Part shown: piece after piece, positions 30,043 through 38,802 of the stretch
Numbering within the stretch: the stretch's first letter is position 1
Layout of the letters: every line of letters begins with the position of its first letter
Assembly: GCA_037189525.1 (NCBI GenBank)
Contig: JBBCJC010000002.1
Coordinates: 1,120,001 to 1,184,000, forward strand
Origin: Gemmatimonadales bacterium
Lineage (GTDB): Bacteria; Gemmatimonadota; Gemmatimonadetes; Gemmatimonadales; GWC2-71-9
Direction of reading: 5' to 3'
Length of the DNA stretch: 64,000 nucleotides
Notes under the pieces: model-generated
Told to the model about the DNA's origin: nothing
The model's database searches: none
Seen by the model: only the letters and a program-made list of their open reading frames with translations
Made by a program: the position numbers and the translations under genes

Positions 30043-30978
30043 ATGTCCATCGTGCGTGCCGCTGTCGTGCAGGAAGCGCCTCAGGCGTTCGAACTGGGAG
30101 CCACACTCGACCGGTTCCAGGCGCGCGTGGCCGAAGCAGCCCGTCAGGGAGCGCAACTGGTCGTCTTTCCCGAGGCGTTCATCGGAGGGTACCCCAAGGG
30201 CGTCGATTTCGGTGCGCGGGTCGGGATGCGCTCGGACGAGGGCCGCGAACTGTTCAGCCGCTATTGGGACGCCGCCATCGACGTGCCCGGACCCGTCACC
30301 GAGATCCTGGCGAGTGCGGCAGGTGAGCATGGGTTGGTGCTGGTCGTTGGCGTGATCGAGCGCGACGGAGGCACCCTCTATTGCACCGCCCTCTACTTCT
30401 CGGCGGAAGGCGTCATGCTCGGCCGGCATCGGAAGCTGATGCCGACGGCCATGGAGCGGATCATCTGGGGCTTCGGCGACGGCTCCACCCTCGAAGTCTT
30501 CGATACCACCCTCGGTAAGCTGGGCGCCGTGATCTGCTGGGAGAACTACATGCCCCAACTGCGGACCGCCATGTATGCCCAGGGTATCCAGTTGTACTGC
30601 GCACCAACCGTTGACGATCGCGAGATCTGGGCCGCCAGCATGCGTCACATTGCGCGCGAAGGACGCTGCTTCGTGCTCTCGGCCTGCCAGCACGCCCGCC
30701 GGAGCGACTATCCGGCCGACTACGCCCCGATCCAGGGCGACGATCCCGACGCGCGGTTGATTCGCGGGGGGAGTCTGATCGTCGATCCGATGGGGACGGT
30801 GCTGGCCGGTCCGGTCTACGACGAATCGACCGTACTGGTGGCAGACCTCGACCTGAGCCAGATCGCTAAGGGGAAGTACGACTTCGATCCGGTCGGTCAT
30901 TATGCCCGCCCCGATATCTTTTCGCTGACGGTCGAGACGCGTCCGCAGACTCCGGTTCGATTTTCGTCGGGCGGCTGA
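30043..30978 (+). CDS. Nitrilase (carbon-nitrogen hydrolase)
   Basis: FPEAFIGGYP, HRKLMPT, ICWENYMP catalytic E-K-C; GHYARPD. Confidence 0.94.
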   Translation: MSIVRAAVVQEAPQAFELGATLDRFQARVAEAARQGAQLVVFPEAFIGGYPKGVDFGARVGMRSDEGRELFSRYWDAAIDVPGPVTEILASAAGEHGLVLVVGVIERDGGTLYCTALYFSAEGVMLGRHRKLMPTAMERIIWGFGDGSTLEVFDTTLGKLGAVICWENYMPQLRTAMYAQGIQLYCAPTVDDREIWAASMRHIAREGRCFVLSACQHARRSDYPADYAPIQGDDPDARLIRGGSLIVDPMGTVLAGPVYDESTVLVADLDLSQIAKGKYDFDPVGHYARPDIFSLTVETRPQTPVRFSSGG

Positions 30979-30991
30979 CCTGTCGAAAGCC

Positions 30992-31031
30992 CGGGCGGCC
31001 TTGTGTCCTTTGGAAGGCCGCCCGTATGTTT
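30992..31031 (+). terminator. Probable intrinsic terminator
   Basis: 11-bp stem cgggcggcctt/aaggccgcccg followed by tatgttt. Confidence 0.6.
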
Positions 31032-31059
31032 CCGTAACCTCAGCCGGGGAGTCCACCAG

Positions 31060-32181
31060 ATGTCGGATGGGTTCCGAAGCTCTGACGAGTACGACGAACA
31101 AGCCCACCAGCTGTACAATCAAGGCCGCTACGACGAAGCGCTTGCGATCCTGAAGGACGGGCTCGCCGTGTATCCGTCTGCCGTCGAACTGTATGTCGGC
31201 GCCGGATATGCCTATCTGGCCCGGGAGGAGTACGCCTGGTCGCGCGGCGCCTTTGCCCAGGCATTGACGCTGGAACCCGACCACGAGGACGCGCTGGCCG
31301 GCTTCGGCGAGGTGCAGCTTCGCATCGGCGATGGCGTCGCTGCCCGTCAGGCATTCGACCGGGTCCTGGAACTGGGCTTTGCCGAAGACCACGATCTGAT
31401 GCTGCAGATCGGCCGCGCCCTCTTCCGCGACGGCGAACTGGTGCAGGCCCATCGGTTCTTCGAGCTCGCGGCCAGCGCCGATACCGACTGCGAAGAGGCG
31501 GCGGCCTGCATGGGCTACGTCTCACACCGGCTGGGCCGGGAAGGCGCCGCGATTTTCTGGCTGCGCCGAGCCCTGGCCATCGATCCGACCTTTGCCGAGC
31601 CCAGAATTTACCTCGCCAACCTGCTCTACGATCGGGGCGAAACGGCGGCTGCGCTGATCCATTTCGAGCGCACCGACCCGGAGGAGCATTTCGACGAGCT
31701 CGGCCTGTTCCGGGTCATCGAATTGAAGCGGACCTTTTTCCGGCTGGCTGAGGACGATACCAGCCTGGAGCCATGGTTTCAGCGCGTCTCCGATCTCCTC
31801 GGAGAGCCCGACCCCGTCGACGAACTGCTCGCGGAAATCGAAGCGATCCAGAGCGACGGCACCTTGCGTGATCCCACCCAGCTCGAGCTCTTCGGGACCA
31901 TGCTGGTCGAGTTGCAGCAGATGCAGCGCCGCCCGGGCCAGCGCAGCGATCATCACCAGATCATCACCCTCGCCGGACACGCCCTCCGCGGGACGTGGGA
32001 CGAAATCGTGCTCCAGCTCAAGGCCTCGGATCGGCACGCGGCCGCGCAGTCCATGGCCGAGTTCATGGCGGGTCAGGCCCAGCGCGGCAAGCAGGAAACC
32101 GGGGTCGTGATTCCGGTCACCAGTGCCGAGGCATTCGTGCGCGGCGCGGCCGAAGCGGGTGTGCTCCGGATCGTCCACTGA
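31060..32181 (+). CDS. TPR-repeat protein with uncharacterised C-terminal domain
   Basis: Repeated TPR patterns (LYNQGRYDEALAIL; AFAQALTLEPDHEDALAG; LRRALAIDP); GGGGAG SD. Confidence 0.85.
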   Translation: MSDGFRSSDEYDEQAHQLYNQGRYDEALAILKDGLAVYPSAVELYVGAGYAYLAREEYAWSRGAFAQALTLEPDHEDALAGFGEVQLRIGDGVAARQAFDRVLELGFAEDHDLMLQIGRALFRDGELVQAHRFFELAASADTDCEEAAACMGYVSHRLGREGAAIFWLRRALAIDPTFAEPRIYLANLLYDRGETAAALIHFERTDPEEHFDELGLFRVIELKRTFFRLAEDDTSLEPWFQRVSDLLGEPDPVDELLAEIEAIQSDGTLRDPTQLELFGTMLVELQQMQRRPGQRSDHHQIITLAGHALRGTWDEIVLQLKASDRHAAAQSMAEFMAGQAQRGKQETGVVIPVTSAEAFVRGAAEAGVLRIVH

Positions 32182-32214
32182 GCGGCCCCAGGGGGCCGGC
32201 CTGGTGGTGCCCCC

Positions 32215-32934
32215 TCAGCGGCCCCAGATCAACACCACACCACAATCGGCATCGGCGCTGAACCCGTACTGAATCGGGATCCAGGCGACGGACGTGAACA
32301 CCTCCACCGCCTCGATACTGACCACCGGATACATGTTCAGATTGGTGACCGACTGCGGCATGCCGTTGTAGAACACACCCATCGGGCACTCCTGACTGCG
32401 CCGCCGCGAATACGCGGCGTATCCCTCCCACCCCCGCCGGATCTCGACGCCCCGCTCCTCGAGCAGTGAGGCCAGAGTGCGATGATGCGATTTGCGCAGC
32501 AACTGTGGCGTGAGGAGCTTGGAATTGAGGGTGACGTGCCGCCGGTAGATCTCATCGAGGCGCGACTCGCCGCGGATCTTGCCGACTGCCAGAAGTGGCT
32601 CGAGTTGGAGCACGGCGGCCTGCAGCGAGAGGTCCACCAGGACGCTGTCGATCGCGTCGATGGTGAGGCGAACGCCGCCGGGCTGGAAGCCGATGCGGCG
32701 GACCCGGAGCGTGTACGCACCGAGCGGGAGCCGGTCGAGGCGAAATGCTCCGTCCGCATCGGTAACGGTCTTGCGGTCGAGTTCGGGGATCAGAACCTCG
32801 GCGCCCTGGAGGGGCGCCCGTGTGGAATCGGCCAGGACGCGCCCCTTCACGACGGCTTGTCCGACGGCGGTGCTCAGGAGCCCGGCGGTCAGGGCGGCTG
32901 AGCAGAGGAGGGTCTGGGAAACGCCCGTCCGCAT
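32215..32934 (-). CDS. Secreted carboxypeptidase-regulatory-like domain protein with plug-like C-terminus
   Basis: GRVLADSTRAPLQGAEV, TDADGAFRL, RRIGF; IEAVEVF...CGVVLIW. Confidence 0.8.
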   Translation of the reverse strand: MRTGVSQTLLCSAALTAGLLSTAVGQAVVKGRVLADSTRAPLQGAEVLIPELDRKTVTDADGAFRLDRLPLGAYTLRVRRIGFQPGGVRLTIDAIDSVLVDLSLQAAVLQLEPLLAVGKIRGESRLDEIYRRHVTLNSKLLTPQLLRKSHHRTLASLLEERGVEIRRGWEGYAAYSRRRSQECPMGVFYNGMPQSVTNLNMYPVVSIEAVEVFTSVAWIPIQYGFSADADCGVVLIWGR

Positions 32935-33008
32935 GGAGGTAAGATCCGTTCGCCCCAGACTCGGCGCAAGGTTAATCCTCCCGGACCGAATCTCGTTATG
33001 TTCCCGGG

Positions 33009-35654
33009 GTGACGCTGACCGCTTTTTCTCCCGTGCTGCCCAGCGAGGGCCGCTGGACTGCCGGGGTTGTTCGCCGCCGCCTCGACAACGGCCTCACGGT
33101 CCTGGCCCAGCACGATCCCGATGCCGCCGCCGTGGCTGTCGTGATTCAGGTCAAGGCCGGCTTCTTCGACGAGCCCGATCACTGGCAAGGCATCAGCCAT
33201 GTGCTCGAGCACATGTTCTTCAAGGGTACCCCCACCCGCGGGGTCGGGCAGATTGCGGCCGAGACCAAGGGGCTGGGCGGTTATCTCAATGCCTATACCA
33301 GCTACGAGGCGACCACCTACTACGTGGTGCTGCCGGCCGACGGGTTTCGCGAGGCGCTCGCCATTCAGGCGGATGCGCTGCAGCGGGCCTCGATCGACGC
33401 CGGCGAACTCGGTCGCGAACTCCAGGTCATCATCGAAGAGGCCAAGCGGAAGCTCGACTCCCCCTCGGCGCTGACGAACGAGACGCTCAACGCGGTGCTG
33501 TTCGATCAGCACCGGATCCGGCGCTGGCGGATCGGGACCGAGGCGCAGCTGGCGGGATATGTCCGGGATGATGTCTACGGCTACTACCATGCCCGGTACG
33601 TCCCGGCCCGGACCGTCGTCTCGGTGGTGGGTGGCGTGCTGGTCGACCAGGCCATCGCGGCAGTAGCCGAGGCCTTTGGCGGGTGGGAGGCCCGACCCGG
33701 CGAGACCGAGCGGTCGCCGGGTGAAACCGAACGCGACGGGGTTCGTGTCCGCACCTTGCGCGGCGACGTCAAGCAGGCCGAGCTGGCGTTGGGCTGGCGC
33801 GGAGCGCCGGAACTGAGCGACGATGCACCGGCCCTCGACCTTGCCGCCATGGTGCTCACCTCCGGACGCGGGAGCTGGCTCTATCGGCGGCTCCGGCAAC
33901 CGGGCCTGGTAACGGCGGTGGGCGCATCGCATTACAGCGCCTCGGATATCGGCGTCTTCTCCATCGATGCCGAGCTGCCGGTCGACCGGATCGCCGAGGT
34001 GGTCGACCAGGTGGCGGCGCTGGTGCGCCGGCTCGCCGAAGCCGGTCCGACCGATGCGGACCTGGCGCGCGCCAAGACGCTGCTCGCCTCGCGGATGGCG
34101 CGCCGGCACGAGTCGGTCGATGGCCGCGCTACCGCCTTTGCCACGGCAGAATCGTTTGGCGGGCTCGAACAGCTGGACCGCGACTACGAGCGGCTGATGG
34201 CGGTCACGGCGGACCAGGTGCGGGACGTCGCGTCCCGCTACCTGCGCCCGTCCCGGGTCGCCGCGGTGGCGTACCTGCCGCACGGCGAGGGCGCCGACCT
34301 GGTTGCTGCGGACATCGAGGCGGCCTTTGCCGGCGTGTCCGCGGGCGACCCCGTTCTGGTCCCTCAACCGGCCGATCGCCCGCTGCCGGCGCCGCGACCG
34401 GTTCGGGGCCGGGAACGGCACGGCGTGCTGCATGTCGCGTTGCCCGGCGCCGATCTGTTGCTCCGTCGCAAGGCAACCGTGCCGCTGGTCACGGCAGGCA
34501 TCTATCGGCATCGGGTCGGCGAGGAAACGGCCGCTGATGCGGGTATGGCGGCGCTGGTACTCCGCTCGGCGGTGCGCGGGGCGGCCGGCTTCGACGCGGC
34601 GGACCTGGCCGCCATGTTCGAAGCCTGGGGCGGAACGTTGGGCCAGACGATCGGCGCCGATTGGCTCGGCGTCGGCGTCTCGGTCCTGCCCGATGCAACG
34701 GACCAGGCGGCCCGGTTGCTGCGCGATGTGTTCTGGCATCCGACCTTTGCCGCGGACGATGTGGAACGTGAACGCGACGCGCTGATCCGCGAGGCGGTCC
34801 AGGCTGGCGACGACATGTTCCGCCGGCCGATCGACCTGGCACTGGCCGCGGCGTTCGGCGATCGCGGCTATGGCCTGCCGCTCAAGGGGTCGGTCGAGTC
34901 GCTCGGCGCCATGGACGCGGCCTCCCTGCGCGGCTGGCACGACCGGGAATTTGCCGCGGGGCGCCCGCTGGTACTCGCTGTCGGCAGCCTCGACCCGGAG
35001 GCCGTGGCCGACCGTCTGGCGGGCGTCTTTCACGATCTCCCCGCGCGAGATACCGAGAGGGGGCGGCCGGCCGTCGCCCTGTCCGGAGCGAGCGGTCTTC
35101 GCCATCGGGTCGAGACGCGCAACAAAGCGCAGACCGCGCTGGCCATGGTCTTTCCCGGACCGAGTGCCACGGACCACGATCGCTACGCCGCCGAGGTCCT
35201 GGCGGCCGTGGCGAGCGGGCTCGGCGGCCGGCTCTTTCATCGGCTCCGGGAGGAGCGTTCGCTCGCCTACACGGTGATGATGTCCAGCTGGCAGCGCGCC
35301 CGGGCCGGCGCGCTGGTCACCTACATCGCCACCTCACCGTCGCGGGAAGAGGAAGCGCGCGACGCGATGCTGGCCGAGCTGGCGCGCTTCCGCGAGGAGC
35401 TGATCAGCGAGGCCGAGCACGCGCGGGCCGTCAACTATCTCGCGGGGCAGGCCCTGGTGCAGCGCCAGACGGCGGGTGCGCTGGCCGGGGAGATCGTCCA
35501 TGCCTGGCTGGTGGAGCGGAACCTCGATGCGCTCGACGATCCTGCCGCGCCCTACCGCGCCGTGACGCCCGAAGCGGTCCGGGCGCTGGCGGCTCGCTGC
35601 CTGGTCGTCGATGAGCGCGCCGAAGGGGTGGTGCGCGGAGGGCAGGGGGGATGA
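33009..35654 (+). CDS. M16 (pitrilysin-family) zinc peptidase, fused two-module
   Basis: LDNGL, HVLEHMFFKGT (HxxEH), NAYTS, RLFHRLREERSLAY. Confidence 0.93.
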   Translation: MTLTAFSPVLPSEGRWTAGVVRRRLDNGLTVLAQHDPDAAAVAVVIQVKAGFFDEPDHWQGISHVLEHMFFKGTPTRGVGQIAAETKGLGGYLNAYTSYEATTYYVVLPADGFREALAIQADALQRASIDAGELGRELQVIIEEAKRKLDSPSALTNETLNAVLFDQHRIRRWRIGTEAQLAGYVRDDVYGYYHARYVPARTVVSVVGGVLVDQAIAAVAEAFGGWEARPGETERSPGETERDGVRVRTLRGDVKQAELALGWRGAPELSDDAPALDLAAMVLTSGRGSWLYRRLRQPGLVTAVGASHYSASDIGVFSIDAELPVDRIAEVVDQVAALVRRLAEAGPTDADLARAKTLLASRMARRHESVDGRATAFATAESFGGLEQLDRDYERLMAVTADQVRDVASRYLRPSRVAAVAYLPHGEGADLVAADIEAAFAGVSAGDPVLVPQPADRPLPAPRPVRGRERHGVLHVALPGADLLLRRKATVPLVTAGIYRHRVGEETAADAGMAALVLRSAVRGAAGFDAADLAAMFEAWGGTLGQTIGADWLGVGVSVLPDATDQAARLLRDVFWHPTFAADDVERERDALIREAVQAGDDMFRRPIDLALAAAFGDRGYGLPLKGSVESLGAMDAASLRGWHDREFAAGRPLVLAVGSLDPEAVADRLAGVFHDLPARDTERGRPAVALSGASGLRHRVETRNKAQTALAMVFPGPSATDHDRYAAEVLAAVASGLGGRLFHRLREERSLAYTVMMSSWQRARAGALVTYIATSPSREEEARDAMLAELARFREELISEAEHARAVNYLAGQALVQRQTAGALAGEIVHAWLVERNLDALDDPAAPYRAVTPEAVRALAARCLVVDERAEGVVRGGQGG

Positions 35655-36187
35655 GCGCCCCCAGCGAGGGGCCGGGGCTGTCCACCCGGTGGACCGTCGC
35701 GGATCTGCTCACCTTTTCGCGATTCCCCCTGGCGATCATGTTCCTGCTCGTGCCATCGGCGGGGTGGCGGATCGCCATTCTCTGCGTGGCTGGCATGACG
35801 GACCTGATCGACGGCTGGGCCGCCCGCCGCTGGGGCAGTTCCCGGCTCGGCGTGTTCCTCGATCCCGTGGCCGACAAGGTCTTCGCGGGGGTGGCGTTCG
35901 GGGTGGTGCTGTTTGCCGGCGCGCTCCGCCCCTGGGAAATCGCGGCGGTGCTGTTGCGTGACATCGTCGCGACGGTGGGGTTCCTGATCACCGTGGTGCG
36001 TCGCAAGCCGGTGTCCATTCCGGCCCGGATATCGGGCAAGATCGTCACGGGGTGTCAACTGGCCACGCTACTGGCCTTCCTGCTCGAGTCGTCGTGGCTC
36101 AGGCCGCTGGCGTGGCTCACCGGGCTCGCGGCGCTGTACGCGATTGCCGATTATACCTACGGGCGTCACGAAGCACGGGCGCTGTAG
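35651..36187 (+). CDS. CDP-alcohol phosphatidyltransferase
   Basis: DLIDGWAARRWGSSRLGVFLDPVADK signature. Confidence 0.9.
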   Translation: MSAPSEGPGLSTRWTVADLLTFSRFPLAIMFLLVPSAGWRIAILCVAGMTDLIDGWAARRWGSSRLGVFLDPVADKVFAGVAFGVVLFAGALRPWEIAAVLLRDIVATVGFLITVVRRKPVSIPARISGKIVTGCQLATLLAFLLESSWLRPLAWLTGLAALYAIADYTYGRHEARAL

Positions 36188-36222
36188 CGGTCCTCACTTC
36201 ATTCACACATTCGAGTTTTTCC

Positions 36223-36633
36223 ATGAGCAACAATATCCGGACGGTGACGGTCGATTGGGTCGGGGGCATGCGGTTTCAAGGCGGTCCGCCGGACGGCCCG
36301 CAAGCCATGGTCGATGCGGATACCGCCGTTGCGCCGGGCCCGATGCACCTGCTGCTCATCGCGGCGGTGGGCTGTGCCGGGGCCGACATCGTCTCGATCC
36401 TCGAAAAGATGCAGGTCAAGCTCACCAAGCTGCGAACGGAAGCGATTGGGACGCGGGCCGAGGATCATCCGCGGAAATACGTCGGCATCACGTTGCGCTT
36501 CACGATGGCGGGCGAAGGACTCGATCGGAACAAGGCGGAGCGGGCCGTCGCGCTTTCGGTGACCAAGTACTGCTCCGTGCTCCTGTCGCTCGATCCGGCC
36601 ACGCCCGTCACTACTGAGATCGTCATCGAGTGA
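36223..36633 (+). CDS. OsmC/YhfA-family protein
   Basis: PMHLLLIAAVGCAGAD and LSVTKYCSV conserved Cys pair. Confidence 0.88.
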   Translation: MSNNIRTVTVDWVGGMRFQGGPPDGPQAMVDADTAVAPGPMHLLLIAAVGCAGADIVSILEKMQVKLTKLRTEAIGTRAEDHPRKYVGITLRFTMAGEGLDRNKAERAVALSVTKYCSVLLSLDPATPVTTEIVIE

Positions 36634-37136
36634 TCCGGGTCGGGCCGCTAGTCGTGCTCCTGCTCGGGCTTGGGGTGATGGAGGCTCGGGCACAGGGTCG
36701 CTGGGTTGTCGGGGTCGATCTGGTCGGATTGGCCTCTGATCCGGTTTTCGGGGGTGCGGGAGCGGTGCTGGGGCGCGAGATCAGCCGGGACCTGACCCTG
36801 GTGGGGCGGGGGATGGCCGGCCGGCAGGATGGCGAAACCGTGGGCCGGGGGGAGCTGACCCTCGAGTTCCGGTTTCCCGAACCCAATCGCCGGCGGCCGG
36901 TTCCCTATCTGGGGGTCGGTGTGGCGGGGACTACCGGGCCGCGTTCGGGGCCGTACCTCGTCGCCACGGCGGGACTCGACATTCCGGGGTCCGGTCGAGG
37001 GCGCTGGGCTCTGGAGGCCGGGGTGGCGGGCGGAGTACGGGCCGCTGTGGGGTATCGGTATTTCCTCGGGGGCCGGAAACGACGAACGGCCGCTCGACGC
37101 GGCCGTTCGTTCCGATCGGGCGACCCGAACGGCTGA
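36630..37136 (+). CDS. Hypothetical secreted/outer-membrane beta-barrel protein
   Basis: GTGA overlap; signal peptide ARA-Q; PYLGVGV and VGYRYF strand motifs. Confidence 0.6.
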   Translation: MIRVGPLVVLLLGLGVMEARAQGRWVVGVDLVGLASDPVFGGAGAVLGREISRDLTLVGRGMAGRQDGETVGRGELTLEFRFPEPNRRRPVPYLGVGVAGTTGPRSGPYLVATAGLDIPGSGRGRWALEAGVAGGVRAAVGYRYFLGGRKRRTAARRGRSFRSGDPNG

Positions 37137-37143
37137 TCGCGGA

Positions 37144-37422
37144 TTACTCCGCGCTCGAGCCGGCGACCTCGGGCTTGCGCGTCACCGGGCGGCAGAACCG
37201 CTCGCCGAGTGTCCGCACCTGCCCCAACTGGTCTTCCTCGAGGTCGGGATACCGCTCCGCGAGATACTGCATCGTGTCGTCCAGCCACTCTTTCTGCTGC
37301 TCAAACTCGGCCTCGATCACGCCGCATCGGAGGATGTGGCTGAAGAGCTCGTCACGTGCCTGGTCGAGAGTAGTGGGGACCGCAGCGGTTCTCGTGAAGG
37401 GTTTCTTTTGTTGTCTGGCCAT
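37144..37422 (-). CDS. Small helical hypothetical protein
   Basis: GGAAGG SD; natural, non-shadow composition. Confidence 0.75.
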   Translation of the reverse strand: MARQQKKPFTRTAAVPTTLDQARDELFSHILRCGVIEAEFEQQKEWLDDTMQYLAERYPDLEEDQLGQVRTLGERFCRPVTRKPEVAGSSAE

Positions 37423-37654
37423 TGACCTTCCCTTGAAGAGCTAGGGATCCTCGGTGTCCGGGAACCGGACACGGGCTCCGTATCCCGAGAAATATAGCGC
37501 GGGGAGGGGTGTTGAGCCAAGGGACCGCCCTGTAACCGCCATCCCGACCTGTTAGCTTTGGGCGGCGCGAAATCGCCGGCTCGCAGGGCGCCGTTGGGCG
37601 GCGCCGGGCGGCGGGCCAGACCTCTCCGACTTTCCGAACGAGGACGACAGAGCC

Positions 37655-38365
37655 ATGGCAGCAGATTCCCGAACGGGTAAGAAGAAAGCCGCAGCGCCGG
37701 CGCCGACGCGATCCTACGCCTTGATCGGTGTACTCGCCCTGGCGGGCATTGCCGTGCTTGCGTACCTGGTGACGCGGCCGAAAAATGTCAGCATTCCGGC
37801 CAACGTCGAAGTGCTGGCTGCGGATACGGCCGGCTTCCGGGGCTATCTGCTCGGTTCGGAAACGGCGCCGGTCGAAATCAGCGAGTACGCCGACTTCCAG
37901 TGCCCGGCCTGCCAGACGTTCGAGTTGATCCAGTTCCATGCCGTCAAGCGGCAGCTGATCGACCAGGGCCTGGTGCGCTGGCGCTATCGCGACTTCCCGC
38001 TGGCGCAGCACCGGCATGCCCGGCTGGCGGCGCATGCGGCGGCCTGCGCCAACGACCAGGGCAAGTATTGGGAACTGCACAACACGATCTACCACAACCA
38101 GGCCAGCTGGGCCATGGTGGCCTCGGCAACCGGCATCTTCCGCGATTATGCGCGCCAGGCGGGAGTGGATGTCGCGGCGTACGACGAATGCATGGAGTCC
38201 GCCCGGTATGCCGGCCGGATCCAGGCCAGTCTCGATGAGGGCCTCGCGCTGGGCGTCGGCTCGACGCCGACCTTCCTGATCAACGGTCGCCTCTATCCCG
38301 GCGTGCTCTCGTCCGACAGCATCGCCTCGATCGTTCGCGGACTCGTCCCGGCGCCGACGCCATGA
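37655..38365 (+). CDS. dsbA: DsbA-family thiol-disulfide oxidoreductase, membrane anchored
   Basis: EYADFQCPAC, RDFPL, GVGSTPTFLING. Confidence 0.92.
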   Translation: MAADSRTGKKKAAAPAPTRSYALIGVLALAGIAVLAYLVTRPKNVSIPANVEVLAADTAGFRGYLLGSETAPVEISEYADFQCPACQTFELIQFHAVKRQLIDQGLVRWRYRDFPLAQHRHARLAAHAAACANDQGKYWELHNTIYHNQASWAMVASATGIFRDYARQAGVDVAAYDECMESARYAGRIQASLDEGLALGVGSTPTFLINGRLYPGVLSSDSIASIVRGLVPAPTP

Positions 38366-38802
38366 ATCGCCGGCTGGCCATCGCCCTCTTGGCGCTGGCC
38401 GGGGTCTTCATCGCGAGCTATCTCCATCTCTTCAAGCTGGGGATGATCGGGACGATTGCGTGCGGCACCGGCGGGTGTGATACGGTGCAGCTGTCGCCGC
38501 AGAGCTATTTTCTCGGGGTCGATGTGGCCCTGATCGGGGTACTGGGGTATGTCGCATTGCTGGGCCTCGCGCTGCTGGCGCTCTTGCCCAGGTTTGCCGG
38601 GGCGAGCTGGCCGGTGACGGCACTCGTGCTGCTGTCCACCGGAGCCGTCGGCTTCACGGCCTACCTCAAGTACCTCGAGTTTTTCGTGATCGGCGCGGTC
38701 TGCCGCTGGTGCGTCGGATCCGCCGTCATCATTGCGTTGCTGTTCATTCTCGCCGTGCTCGAATGGAGAGAGGGGCGACTGCAGCAGCATGAGCCAGTCT
38801 GA
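38362..38802 (+). CDS. Vitamin K epoxide reductase (VKOR) family protein
   Basis: CGTGGC loop cysteines, CRWC active site, four TM segments. Confidence 0.92.
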   Translation: MNRRLAIALLALAGVFIASYLHLFKLGMIGTIACGTGGCDTVQLSPQSYFLGVDVALIGVLGYVALLGLALLALLPRFAGASWPVTALVLLSTGAVGFTAYLKYLEFFVIGAVCRWCVGSAVIIALLFILAVLEWREGRLQQHEPV

